From the NCBI GenBank assembly GCA_963695855.1, contig CAVOHZ010000010.1, positions 864,001-928,000 of the forward strand: 64,000 bases of DNA, read 5' to 3'. The stretch comes from an uncultured Nitrososphaerales archaeon (lineage in GTDB: Archaea; Thermoproteota; Nitrososphaeria; Nitrososphaerales; Nitrososphaeraceae). This document shows, piece after piece, positions 10,450 to 20,229 of this stretch. The position numbers and the translations under genes are program-made. Under the pieces are notes generated by a model. That model worked only from the letters and a program-made list of their open reading frames with translations, had not been told where the DNA came from and made no database searches. Position 1 is the stretch's first letter, and every line of letters starts with the position of its first letter.

Positions 10450-11499
10450 TGTTGTACTTACACAGATAGGTAACAGATTCACTTACCAACATGGGTAACA
10501 CTTTTTATCTGCTTATTTGTTTTGATATTCTTACAACTATTTAATCTTCCTTTCATAAGAAACATTTCAGATGGTGTGTGACCATTGATTCCACCATGTT
10601 CTCTTGTTTCATTGTATGCTTTGACAAACATGGAATATCTTCTCTTTCCTTCTTCTCTGTTGGAAATATTTTCTATTGCCAAAAATTCATTTTTGACTAT
10701 CTTGTTATATGCTTCAATTTTACCCTGTAGTTGTGGATATCTAGCAGGTATGGATTTATCTTTAATGTTGTTACGTTGTAGAAAACGTCTGAATATTTTG
10801 GATGTAAGCTGTTTACCATTATCATGCAGTACCTTGAGAGGTTTACCATTCTCTACTATGTAGTCTTCCAGTACCTGTAGTACATCTACACTTCGTTTTC
10901 TTTCAGACCAGTCACTTGTTACCTTTCTTGAACAGTCATCTTCACAACTGATAAAATAGTTCTTTTGAGTAGAATTCTCAAGGTAAAATGGTCCTAAAAT
11001 GTCCATCTGTACCATTTGATTGGGTTTTTCCATTGCAAATCTTTTGTATTTTCTATTTCTGATTTTGCATCTTAGTATGTTCAGTCCATGTCTTTTCAGT
11101 ATCTTGTAGATGGTTTTTGTACTGAAGGAGATATCATTCAGTCGTCTTAACCTGAACCTTATGCGATTGCAACCAAATCTTTTTGTTACACGTAAATCCA
11201 ATATTTCCTGTTCTATCTCATTTGTTACTTTTCCAGGTTGTATATTATATGGTTTCCTACTTTTATCCCGTAAACCGTCTATTCCATTCTCAAGGTACCT
11301 GTTCTTCCATTTGTAGTATGACTTTCTAGATGTATGATATCTATTACAGATATTAGTTACAGTATCTCCAGTCGACTCTTTCTCATGAATTAAATTAAAT
11401 TTTGTTTGTAATTCTATTTTTGTATACACTTCCTAGCAGATTAGGAAGTGTTACCTATCTCGGTAAATGAAATTGTAACCTATGTTGGTAAGTACAACA
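10450..11499 (-). mobile_element. IS481-family insertion sequence
   Basis: Imperfect TIRs TGTTGTACTTACACAGATAGGTAACA (10450) and reverse complement TGTTGTACTTACCAACATAGGTTACA (ends 11499); flanks ATTAGT/ATTAAT. Confidence 0.85.
10479..11429 (-). CDS. IS481-family transposase (HTH + rve DDE core)
   Basis: YYKWKNRY..GLRDKSRKP, VQMDI, EDDCSR, HDNG, GKIEAYN and YNETREHGG. Confidence 0.9.
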   Translation of the reverse strand: MYTKIELQTKFNLIHEKESTGDTVTNICNRYHTSRKSYYKWKNRYLENGIDGLRDKSRKPYNIQPGKVTNEIEQEILDLRVTKRFGCNRIRFRLRRLNDISFSTKTIYKILKRHGLNILRCKIRNRKYKRFAMEKPNQMVQMDILGPFYLENSTQKNYFISCEDDCSRKVTSDWSERKRSVDVLQVLEDYIVENGKPLKVLHDNGKQLTSKIFRRFLQRNNIKDKSIPARYPQLQGKIEAYNKIVKNEFLAIENISNREEGKRRYSMFVKAYNETREHGGINGHTPSEMFLMKGRLNSCKNIKTNKQIKSVTHVGK

Positions 11500-11575
11500 A
11501 TTAATATATTATTCTATAGCGAGTGAATAATATTATTACTATGAAAAAGAAGTAAATTTTTTTATTTATTTATTA

Positions 11576-13422
11576 CTAACTTAAGTTACCAGTAAAAACA
11601 ATTATTGCGCCTCTTGACTCAAGAATGGGCAATAATATTATTGTTATTGCAGACCCTGCTTCCCATATTATTGCTATGTATACCCATATTATGTAAACAT
11701 ATAGAGAAAATGCGTATCCTGAAACATATAATGGTAATGCCCAAATAATAACAAGAATGAGGGTTAAAAAGAGCGCATATTTGTAGGTGAATCTTGCAGT
11801 ATTCTTTAAAAACTTTTCATTGCTGTCCTGTTCTATTATGTTTCTTTTCCTTTCGTCAGTAACAAAACTTCTTTGTTTGATTGTATTGAAATTGAGATTC
11901 TGTGGTTTTAATATCCTTATAGCTATAGAAATAATTCCGCCAGAGACAATTGACGTAATATTACCAATAAGAAGTGGTATATATTCTCAGGTCGAATGAA
12001 TTGAAATTTCTCCATAAATTGTGTAGGCAGTAAGTAACCAGGTACAAATTCCAAGGGATAGACCGGCTAGTGCGCCAGCAATTATGGCATTTTTATTTGT
12101 TTTTTTCCATACCAATGCTATAGATATTGGAATCACCGAAGATCCAATTATTATGCCCATAGTCAAGTACACATATTGAAGGCTCGATCCAATATGAAAG
12201 AGGACAGACACTAATACTCCAATTAAAACTCCAAACGCCATTATGGATATACGAGAAATTCTAATTAATTCTCTTCCTGAAGCTGATGGTTTTATATAGG
12301 TTCTGTAAATATCGTAAGTAGTTAACGACGATACTGCTATCATTTGTACTGATCCTGCAGATGTTACAGCAGTAAATACTGCAGTCAATATTAAGATTGC
12401 ACCTAGGTCACCTAATAATTCTGACGCTGCCGTTGGTGCTACCATCCCATATTCAATTTCCTGTGTTGTTAATGATATTCCTATTGAAATTGCAGCTAGA
12501 CCCAAGGAAGTAGCCAATGTAAACGGGATCGCAAACCATACCAAAACAACAATTAAAAAACCACGAATAGCAGACTTCGGCCTGGAGGCAATTGTTCTTT
12601 GTCAATAAGTCTGATCAATAAATACACTTACAAAATTTCCTACGATGTTAATTATACCAAAAGTTAACGCTCCAATCGTGGCTAATGTAAGATAAGACCC
12701 TTGAGCATTGCCTTCCACAGGATCAGTTAATGCTACCTGTGTTAATTTGTTATACATACCTTCAATACCACCGATCTCTGGATTAATAAAATATATTGAA
12801 ATAACAAAAATCAATACTACACAAAAAATAAATGCAGTATTCAGATAATCAGCAAAAAATGTGGCTTTCAATCCTCCAAAAATCCTATAAATAATTACTC
12901 CGATGGGAATCAAAAATGTTGCAATGGTCATATCGACTCCAGTCAAGGCATTAACCACTGCTGCCCCTCCAAGGATCAACATTGTAGTTATGATTATGTT
13001 GGTGATAAGAGCAAAAAAAAGAAACACTTTATGTGCTTTGTATCCAAACCTAGCAAAAATCATTCTAGGAGATGTGTGTGAATAAGGAGCTTTTCTTTTT
13101 AATTCGATTGCTAAAATAGCAAAAAGAACAACTTGAATACTTTCTCCTGCAGCATACCAGAATAAACCACCTATTCCAAATTCATATGTGACTGTCGAGG
13201 ATTGAAGTAATGTTGCAGCAAGTCCATGCCGATACTACCTATGAAGCAATTAATCCTGATTTAACATTTCTTCCGGCTGTTGAAAACGATTCAAAGGTTT
13301 TTTTGGTTCCAAGCCATTTTGTTTCAGCCTTGACTAAAACATTACTATTATCGCCATAGTTTTACCAACTCCAAGTAAAGTAAAGTAAAGTAACCAATCT
13401 CTTGGGTTAAGATCTCTTGCAT
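11576..13422 (-). pseudogene. DUR3-like sodium:solute (urea) symporter pseudogene
   Basis: Fragments TAGRNVKSGLIAS*VVSAWT, WYAAG, DQTY*QRTIASRP and WFAIPF; in-frame TGA at 12602 and 11987, TAG near 13240, frameshifts near 13220 and 13340-13390. Confidence 0.85.
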
Positions 13423-13595
13423 TGTTATCAAATTAAAAGAGGAATTATTTAAGAATGATTTCCAACATCAATTGTAAATCTTCAAAATGCATTTTTAAAA
13501 AAATTTGAATAATTATCTCTTTTATATAAATAATATAAATATAATATGGTATTATTAAAATTAAAATATTCGTCTTACAATAAAATAGAGCATTA

Positions 13596-14141
13596 TTGAT
13601 AGTAGTAGATAAAGTTGATGAAGTTATATTGTCTGCCTTATCCAGAGATGCAAGACAAGATGTCAGAGAAATCTGGGAATTTCTTAGAGATCATGGATTC
13701 AATTTAACCGAAAGTGAAATTGAATCTAGAATTACGCGACTAGAAGACGATAAAGTAATTACGAGATATACTATATCAATTGACACGAAGAAAATTAATT
13801 CCCGTATAGTGAGATTTATTCTAGTTAAATTTAGAACCTCCCAACACCTTCCTAGTAGAATGGAGGGATTGAAAAAATATCTTTCTGATGCTCCGTTTGT
13901 TCTTTATTCAGGAAAAACTAGAGGGGGTTATGATTGGATTTGGATACAGGCATTTTTAACAGAAGAAATGGCTGACGAAGAAATGGACATGTATAGAAAT
14001 CTTTTCGGTGATATAATTCAAACATATGAAGTGTATGATTTTATTCCAACAAAAGAGCTTTCTCTTCAGGCATTATGTTATACTGATACGGAGTATAAAC
14101 ATTTTTTAGAAGAATGGTTACCCCCATTTTTAGGTAGATAA
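13596..14141 (+). CDS. Lrp/AsnC-family transcriptional regulator
   Basis: VDKVDEVILSALSRDAR...RITRLEDDKVITRY N-terminal wHTH; GGYD in the RAM domain. Confidence 0.8.
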   Translation: MIVVDKVDEVILSALSRDARQDVREIWEFLRDHGFNLTESEIESRITRLEDDKVITRYTISIDTKKINSRIVRFILVKFRTSQHLPSRMEGLKKYLSDAPFVLYSGKTRGGYDWIWIQAFLTEEMADEEMDMYRNLFGDIIQTYEVYDFIPTKELSLQALCYTDTEYKHFLEEWLPPFLGR

Positions 14142-14168
14142 AAAAAAGAAATATATTTAATAATCTTT

Positions 14169-15050
14169 TTATATTTTTATTGCTTTTTTGCTATAATTCT
14201 TAAATCTTATTGTTTCATCTATTAACTCGTGAATTTTTAATCTTATTTCCATTAGAAAATTGATAATTTCAGTTCTATTCTCTGGTTCGATTGTTACTTC
14301 AACTTCCTCTATCAAATTGTCAATTCTAGCTAAACTTACCCTAAGTGATAATGATGCCTTTTTGGTGATTTTTAATGAATTGAAAAAGTAGCTATTGTTT
14401 CCATTCGATAGGTTCCTATTTTGTTCTTCGATATTCTCTTTAATTGCTCTTTTCATTTCTCTTAATTTTTTAACAGATATTTTATTTCTAATTATTTCTT
14501 CTAGGATCTCCGGATGACTATCAATTGGTATGGATGAAATTTCTATTGCCTTACTAACGTTTATCATGTTGTCGGATATTTTTTTCTTTATTTCATCAGG
14601 TAATTTAAGCAATTGAATTCTGTGAGAAACATATTCTTCGCTTTTTCCAATCTTTTTTGCTAGGTCGCACACTCCGCCCCAGCCAAAATCTATTACATAT
14701 TTTCTAAAAGCTTCTGCCTCTTCTATAGCATCCATCGTTTTTCTTTGAATATTTTCTGTTAACTGAATCTCAAAAGCCTGTTTGTCAGACATCTCTCGAA
14801 TTTTACAGGGAATAAAACGCCATCTCAGTGTCCTACATGCATGATATCTTCTATGGCCTGCTACAATTTCAAATCCATGGGACAACGGTCTAATAATGAT
14901 GGGTTGAAGTAAACCATACTCTCTAAGGCTCGATACCAATGTATCGTCTTCTTCCGAATATTTTTGAAATTTGTCCCTTACTGCAAAAGAGGACGGCCTA
15001 ATCATTTTCATTTCAATCTGCTCGATTATGCTTGTATCGACAAATTCCAC
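14169..15050 (-). CDS. ParB/Spo0J-like protein (no ParA nearby)
   Basis: GLLQPIIIRP, EIVAGHRR, ENIQR and HTH LAKKIGKSEEYVS. Confidence 0.9.
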   Translation of the reverse strand: MEFVDTSIIEQIEMKMIRPSSFAVRDKFQKYSEEDDTLVSSLREYGLLQPIIIRPLSHGFEIVAGHRRYHACRTLRWRFIPCKIREMSDKQAFEIQLTENIQRKTMDAIEEAEAFRKYVIDFGWGGVCDLAKKIGKSEEYVSHRIQLLKLPDEIKKKISDNMINVSKAIEISSIPIDSHPEILEEIIRNKISVKKLREMKRAIKENIEEQNRNLSNGNNSYFFNSLKITKKASLSLRVSLARIDNLIEEVEVTIEPENRTEIINFLMEIRLKIHELIDETIRFKNYSKKAIKI

Positions 15051-15188
15051 AATTATGAATTGTTGGTTGTATTTATATTGTTTTTTATTTTTCTCTTTTA
15101 AAATAAATAGAAATTATATGTTTTGTGGAAAAAATCAAATTTCCTATATAAAAGATTACTTTTTAGTGAATTTTCAACATGAAGAATG

Positions 15189-16079
15189 TCAATGTTCATG
15201 TCTGTGATCGTCCTTATGAACATGGAGATGAGAGTGTTTTTTATCTCCATGAAAATGTCTGTGACGTAATCCTTTAAGATATACGTAGAAGAGTGATATT
15301 CCAAATCCAGATGCACCGAACAAAACTATCGTTGCACCTGAAGGAGAATCAATATAAAAACTAGTATACATTCCTAAAAATGCAGTACTGATTCCTATAA
15401 TAGAAGATAAAAGTAACATCTTAAAAAAATTATTTGTAAGCAGTCTTGCAGAAGCAGCTGGTGCTATAATTGCAACAGCAAGAAGTGTAACGCCAATAGA
15501 ATTCATTGAAGATATAACTACAGATGCAAGAACAAGGGAAAATAAAATGTCTACGCGATCTGTATTTATACCATAAACTTTTGCAGTTTCATTATCAAAA
15601 ATAGTAAATAGTAGCCTTTTTTGAAAGAAGAAGATAAATACGATTGTAATAATTGTTACTACAGAAATTATCATAAAATCAAAGTCAGTTACAGCTAATA
15701 TGTTTCCAAATAACATAGCTTCGAAATTTTTAATTGGGCTGTGTCCTGTATTCATTAACAGAACTCCAGCTGCAAAACCAGCAGTAGTAACTATACCAAT
15801 TACCGCATCTGCTTTTATTTTATATCTTTTATTTATCTCTGTTATTGCTATTGCTGAAAGAAATCCCCATAAGGTTGCTCCAATATAAAAGTTAAGACCA
15901 ATTAGGTAGCTGCTCACAGCTCCTCCAAAAACAGCATGAGATAAACCATGTCCTATGTAGCTCATTCCTCTAAGAACAACGTACACCCCCAATAACCCAC
16001 AAATTGATCCTAACAATATAGACACAATAATCCCACGTGTAAAAAATTCATACTGGAAAGGCTGCAGTAAAAAATCCAT
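15189..16079 (-). CDS. Metal ABC transporter permease (ZnuB/MntB family) with His-rich C-terminus
   Basis: GVYVVLRGMSYIGHGLSHA, LFGNIL and PAASAR; tail HRHFHGDKKHSHLHVHKDDHRHEH. Confidence 0.9.
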   Translation of the reverse strand: MDFLLQPFQYEFFTRGIIVSILLGSICGLLGVYVVLRGMSYIGHGLSHAVFGGAVSSYLIGLNFYIGATLWGFLSAIAITEINKRYKIKADAVIGIVTTAGFAAGVLLMNTGHSPIKNFEAMLFGNILAVTDFDFMIISVVTIITIVFIFFFQKRLLFTIFDNETAKVYGINTDRVDILFSLVLASVVISSMNSIGVTLLAVAIIAPAASARLLTNNFFKMLLLSSIIGISTAFLGMYTSFYIDSPSGATIVLFGASGFGISLFYVYLKGLRHRHFHGDKKHSHLHVHKDDHRHEH

Positions 16080-16098
16080 TTATATTTTTCTCCTCACA

Positions 16099-16842
16099 CT
16101 AATTACTTTTTGTTATACCATAAGTTCTATGAATTACATTTTCAGACAATACGTTATTTGGATATCCTTGAGATATTAACTCTTTGTTCAAACATACTAC
16201 CCAGGGTAACTTCCTAGCCACACCATCAATATCGTGTGTAGTCATTATGATAGTAATTCCCTTATTGTTCAGCTCGGTTAATGTTTGTACAAGATTTTCC
16301 CTTGACATGGGATCTAGTCCAGAGGTCGGTTCATCTAAAATCAATATATCGGGATTATGAATCAAAGCTCTTGCTAAAAATGCACGTTTTTGTTCTCCTC
16401 CTGATAATTCTCTTATTTGTCTATCCGAATAAGCATCTAATTCGAGGTCATGCAGGATGGAATCTATATCTTCTTTTGTTCTACTATTTATCCATGGAAA
16501 ACAACCGGAGTTGTTCCAAATACCCATAGCTACTAATTCTCTTACTGTAACAGGAAAGTCCCATTCTACACTTTCGACCTGTGGAGAGTAGCCTATAGTA
16601 GGAAATGTAACCCCATTATGTTTTGAATTCTTTTCAAACATGATTGTTCCATTCCATGGTCGAATTAATCCTAAAATCAATTTCAGTAAAGTGGTCTTTC
16701 CTGCACCGCTAGGACCCAGTAAACCCACAAAACTACCTTTTAAAAAATCTAATGAAATGCCCTCGATTATTGGATCATGGAATTTATATCCAAATGATAA
16801 ATTTCTTATTGTTATTATACTAGGTATATTATTGGAAGCCAT
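16099..16842 (-). CDS. Metal ABC transporter ATPase
   Basis: GPSGAGKT, LSGGE, LILDEPT and THD. Confidence 0.92.
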   Translation of the reverse strand: MASNNIPSIITIRNLSFGYKFHDPIIEGISLDFLKGSFVGLLGPSGAGKTTLLKLILGLIRPWNGTIMFEKNSKHNGVTFPTIGYSPQVESVEWDFPVTVRELVAMGIWNNSGCFPWINSRTKEDIDSILHDLELDAYSDRQIRELSGGEQKRAFLARALIHNPDILILDEPTSGLDPMSRENLVQTLTELNNKGITIIMTTHDIDGVARKLPWVVCLNKELISQGYPNNVLSENVIHRTYGITKSN

Positions 16843-16922
16843 TTTCTAGGTTATGCCTTCTTTAACATCCAATCAGAATAACCTTTTACAGTTGTCAATT
16901 CTTTTATATCCCAGATTTCAAC

Positions 16923-17924
16923 CTACAGTAAGTCCTTTTCAGCGATTTGCTTTAAAGGCTCTATATTTCCTCCTAGAGGTAGTACCATATTTCTAATATT
17001 TTCCAACATCATTCCTATATACGAATGATTAGGATCTCCTTCTTTTCCAGGTAAATCATCATCACTCAGCGTTTCTACTATCGTTACATTAGCTTCTTTG
17101 GCTATCTGATCTATTATATTAGTAGGAAAAATTTCAGATGCAAATAATGCTGGAATATTCTCAGTACGAATTTGGTCGATCAATCTCGCAATATCTCGGG
17201 CAGAAGGTTCACCAAAGTCAGAAGGTTGTATTGTTCCAATTACAGTCATCCCGTACCTTGGAGCAAAATATGCCCAAGAATCGTGATATGTAAGCAATTT
17301 TCGGTTTTCTTGGGGTATTGTGTCCACAGATTTTCTTATACCCTCATCAAGTTCTTTAAGTAGTTCATTATATCTTTGATAATTTGAGATATAATATTTA
17401 GAATTGTTTGGGTCTAGCTCTATTAATTTATCCGTTGTGATATTTGCAAATTTCATGGCATATTCTACGTTCAACCATAGATGTGGATTAGGATCTCCTT
17501 TTTCTTTTGGAAAACTGAAATCGAAAATCCAGTCATCTTTTGTTACGGTGTTATCTGCTAGCTTTACCAATTGTATTTTGGGATTTTTTGCAATAATGTT
17601 TTTTGCAATATTCTCTATACTTGTTTCAAGATTCAGACCGTCTATGACTATGAGATCGGCATTGCCTATTTTTATTGCATCGGAAGGAACTGGTTCAAAT
17701 GTATGAGAATTTACACCTTCAGGAACCAGACCAACTAGGTTTATTCTTTCTCCGCCGATATTTTTCACAATGTCCGTTATCGGTGCAACTGATGTTACTA
17801 AATTCAATTTTTTCTTGCCTATATCTGAAACTTCTATTTGTTGGCCCAAAACATAGTTGGAAAAAATAAGAATGATCGAGATCAAATGAATAAAGGCAAT
17901 TCCAATACCTGATGATCTATTCAT
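16923..17924 (-). CDS. Metal ABC substrate-binding protein (TroA/ZnuA, cluster A-I)
   Basis: SHTFEP, NPHLWL, YHDSWAYF and LSDD ligand motifs; signal peptide. Confidence 0.9.
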   Translation of the reverse strand: MNRSSGIGIAFIHLISIILIFSNYVLGQQIEVSDIGKKKLNLVTSVAPITDIVKNIGGERINLVGLVPEGVNSHTFEPVPSDAIKIGNADLIVIDGLNLETSIENIAKNIIAKNPKIQLVKLADNTVTKDDWIFDFSFPKEKGDPNPHLWLNVEYAMKFANITTDKLIELDPNNSKYYISNYQRYNELLKELDEGIRKSVDTIPQENRKLLTYHDSWAYFAPRYGMTVIGTIQPSDFGEPSARDIARLIDQIRTENIPALFASEIFPTNIIDQIAKEANVTIVETLSDDDLPGKEGDPNHSYIGMMLENIRNMVLPLGGNIEPLKQIAEKDLL

Positions 17925-17945
17925 AAAAAAAATTTAATTGTGGCG

Positions 17946-17975
17946 AGTATTAAAAATTTGCTAAATAGTAATACT
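17946..17975. promoter_or_regulatory. Putative NikR operator
   Basis: Palindrome AGTATTA-N16-TAATACT about 22 bp upstream of the SBP start; same geometry as the E. coli NikR site GTATGA-N16-TCATAC; nikR is adjacent. Confidence 0.75.
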
Positions 17976-17985
17976 TTTTCATATT

Positions 17986-18119
17986 AAACCCATCTTAGAG
18001 AACAATTGAATGAAACTAAATTTATATTAAAAATACAACCGTGTTATTCATCAAACCCATCTTAGAGAACAATTGAATGAAACTAAATTTATATTAAAAA
18101 TACAACCGTGTTATTCATC
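17986..18119. repeat. Perfect 67-bp tandem duplication
   Basis: AAACCCATCTTAGAG...GTGTTATTCATC at 17986-18052 and 18053-18119. Confidence 0.95.
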
Positions 18120-18192
18120 ATATTAATAAATTTATACTCAGTTGTTACTCATTGATTTACTTTAAATGTATTCATATAGATCAATAATGTTT

Positions 18193-18645
18193 TTATTTAA
18201 TGCCAACATAATGCATCTTTATACTTTTTATACCTCTGTTCTCAGAGATAACTTTCATAAAACTTTTCATTCTTCTTATTTTTCCTCTTAGAATGATCGT
18301 TTCAAGACAATTATCGTGATCCAAGTGTAAATGTGTAGTGGTTACGATTACATCATTATATTCATGCTGACTCTTTATCGATTCTCTATCATTACCGAAG
18401 AGATGATTATCGTATAAAACTACTAATGCACCTGCGCCTTCTTGAACTTCTTTTTGTTCCCATTCATTATTATTAATAAATTCATAAAGTGCTTTTTGAA
18501 TTGCTTTTGATCTATCTGAAAACCCTGCATTATTCATGGATTTATCAAATTGATCAAGTAAAGTAGGAGATAATGAAATGCTAATTCTAGCAACCTGATC
18601 TTTCTTATTACCTTCTTTTTTGTTTTTGTGCAAGTTCTTACGCAA
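18193..18645 (-). CDS. nikR: Nickel-responsive regulator NikR
   Basis: RHH domain RISISL..LLDQFD..GFSDRSKAI; Ni site QH...HLHLDHDNCLE. Confidence 0.9.
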   Translation of the reverse strand: MRKNLHKNKKEGNKKDQVARISISLSPTLLDQFDKSMNNAGFSDRSKAIQKALYEFINNNEWEQKEVQEGAGALVVLYDNHLFGNDRESIKSQHEYNDVIVTTTHLHLDHDNCLETIILRGKIRRMKSFMKVISENRGIKSIKMHYVGIK

Positions 18646-19076
18646 TTTTATAATAGATCGTATTTTTTATTCTTAAACCTATCTTTACATTAAATACCTT
18701 TATCTTGTCCAGTGAGATCAAGATAGATTTTAAGTTTAAAAATTTATTTTGCATAGTAAAAATCTATATTGTCTTTGGATTATCTTTACGTATTAAAGAG
18801 GTTATATATCAAAGAAGCACAACATATTTTTATATAATATCTTTAAATCTTCCTTGCAACTACGTAAGCTCATAACTACAAATTTTAATGAATTTTTCAT
18901 CTATATACATTTATTTCGATATTTTCCTGATCTTTTTATATTTTTATATTGATAAAGATATTCAGTAATCATAAATACTAAAAATGAATTATAATATGAT
19001 CTAAAAGTTTTTACTTTATTAATAAACAAAATTAAATTACAAATTAATAAAGAATACCTTGTGAAAATCTACCTAC

Positions 19077-20192
19077 ATGGGAGTAGCAGATTTTGTGTCC
19101 GGTAATCCGGGATTGGACTTCTTTTATATTCTGTTTAATGGAATTTCTGAAGTTCCACTCTTCAGTTCTCCGGTCACTGGTATCCTGATACTAATTGGAG
19201 TATTTATCGCGTCAAGAAATGCTGGAATAATGATGGTAATTTCTGGTCTAATAGGTGCAGGGATGGCTATATTGCTAGGCGCTCCATATGGACTTGTTGC
19301 ATTCGGTCTTTTTGGTTATAACTCTATACTCACTGGTATGGCTTTTTGGTCTGGACCTTTCGTTAAATCTAACAAGGCAACATTCTTCATATCGATATTT
19401 GGTGCAGCTGTTACGGCAGTAGTCTGGAATGCAATGGGTCATCTGATGGGAGACATGTTTGTTCTACATGGTTTAGCTGAATCTTGGGCAATTCCTGGCT
19501 TTACGTCATCATTCATCTTTACGACTTGGACAATAATGTATGCCACTAAAAGATTTGGACATGATATTTGGCCTGAACCGGCACCCGCGGCACATGAACA
19601 GTTGATAAAAGGTAGTGGAAACCCCGTTCTGGTGCAGGAAGAGAATTTCATATGGACAGCAGGAGAATTTATAAAATCAACGTTAAAAGGTGTTTCCCAG
19701 GTTACATTTGTAGAAAACTGGAAGACTGGAATCTTTTGGGTGGTTGGCCTTACGTTAGCGTTTGAATTGGCACCATTTATAACTGGCCAAGATAGACCTT
19801 GGTGGACAAATGGGTACACCGCACAATGGAATGAATTTTCTCCGCTTTATTTGGGTGGCTTGATGGCGCTTGTTGGTTCTGCAGTTGGAGCTGGAATGGC
19901 AATATTGACAAAATTGCCAACAGGCGAGATAAGAGCAGGTCTACATGGGTTTAACCAAGTATTGGTAATGATTGCTCTCACCAGTTTTCTGCCTCTTACG
20001 CCACAATCTTTCTTTATTGCATTACTTGCCACAGTATCCTGCGGTTTTGTGATGCCGGCGATGCAACGATTCTTTGGAATGTGGGGATTACCAGCATTAA
20101 CAGGTCCGTTCGTTTTCACTGCATGGGTGTTCTTACTAGCGATATCTGGTTTCTCAAATATACCTGCTGGTATCGGCTGGTCACGACCATAG
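19077..20192 (+). CDS. Urea transporter (UT/Yut family channel)
   Basis: Two repeats: GISEV/GVSQV, GLFGYN/GLHGFN and LPALTGPFV. Confidence 0.9.
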   Translation: MGVADFVSGNPGLDFFYILFNGISEVPLFSSPVTGILILIGVFIASRNAGIMMVISGLIGAGMAILLGAPYGLVAFGLFGYNSILTGMAFWSGPFVKSNKATFFISIFGAAVTAVVWNAMGHLMGDMFVLHGLAESWAIPGFTSSFIFTTWTIMYATKRFGHDIWPEPAPAAHEQLIKGSGNPVLVQEENFIWTAGEFIKSTLKGVSQVTFVENWKTGIFWVVGLTLAFELAPFITGQDRPWWTNGYTAQWNEFSPLYLGGLMALVGSAVGAGMAILTKLPTGEIRAGLHGFNQVLVMIALTSFLPLTPQSFFIALLATVSCGFVMPAMQRFFGMWGLPALTGPFVFTAWVFLLAISGFSNIPAGIGWSRP

Positions 20193-20229
20193 ATCCGAGA
20201 AATTCCATTTTCTTTATTTTATTTTTTAA

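Noticed and set aside
11987-12604. UGA recoding (Sec/Trp) in the urea symporter, given two in-frame TGAs and a SelB-like gene in the window
   Set aside because: The TGAs fall at probable Trp and Gly positions, and the same gene has a TAG and frameshifts, so it is a pseudogene
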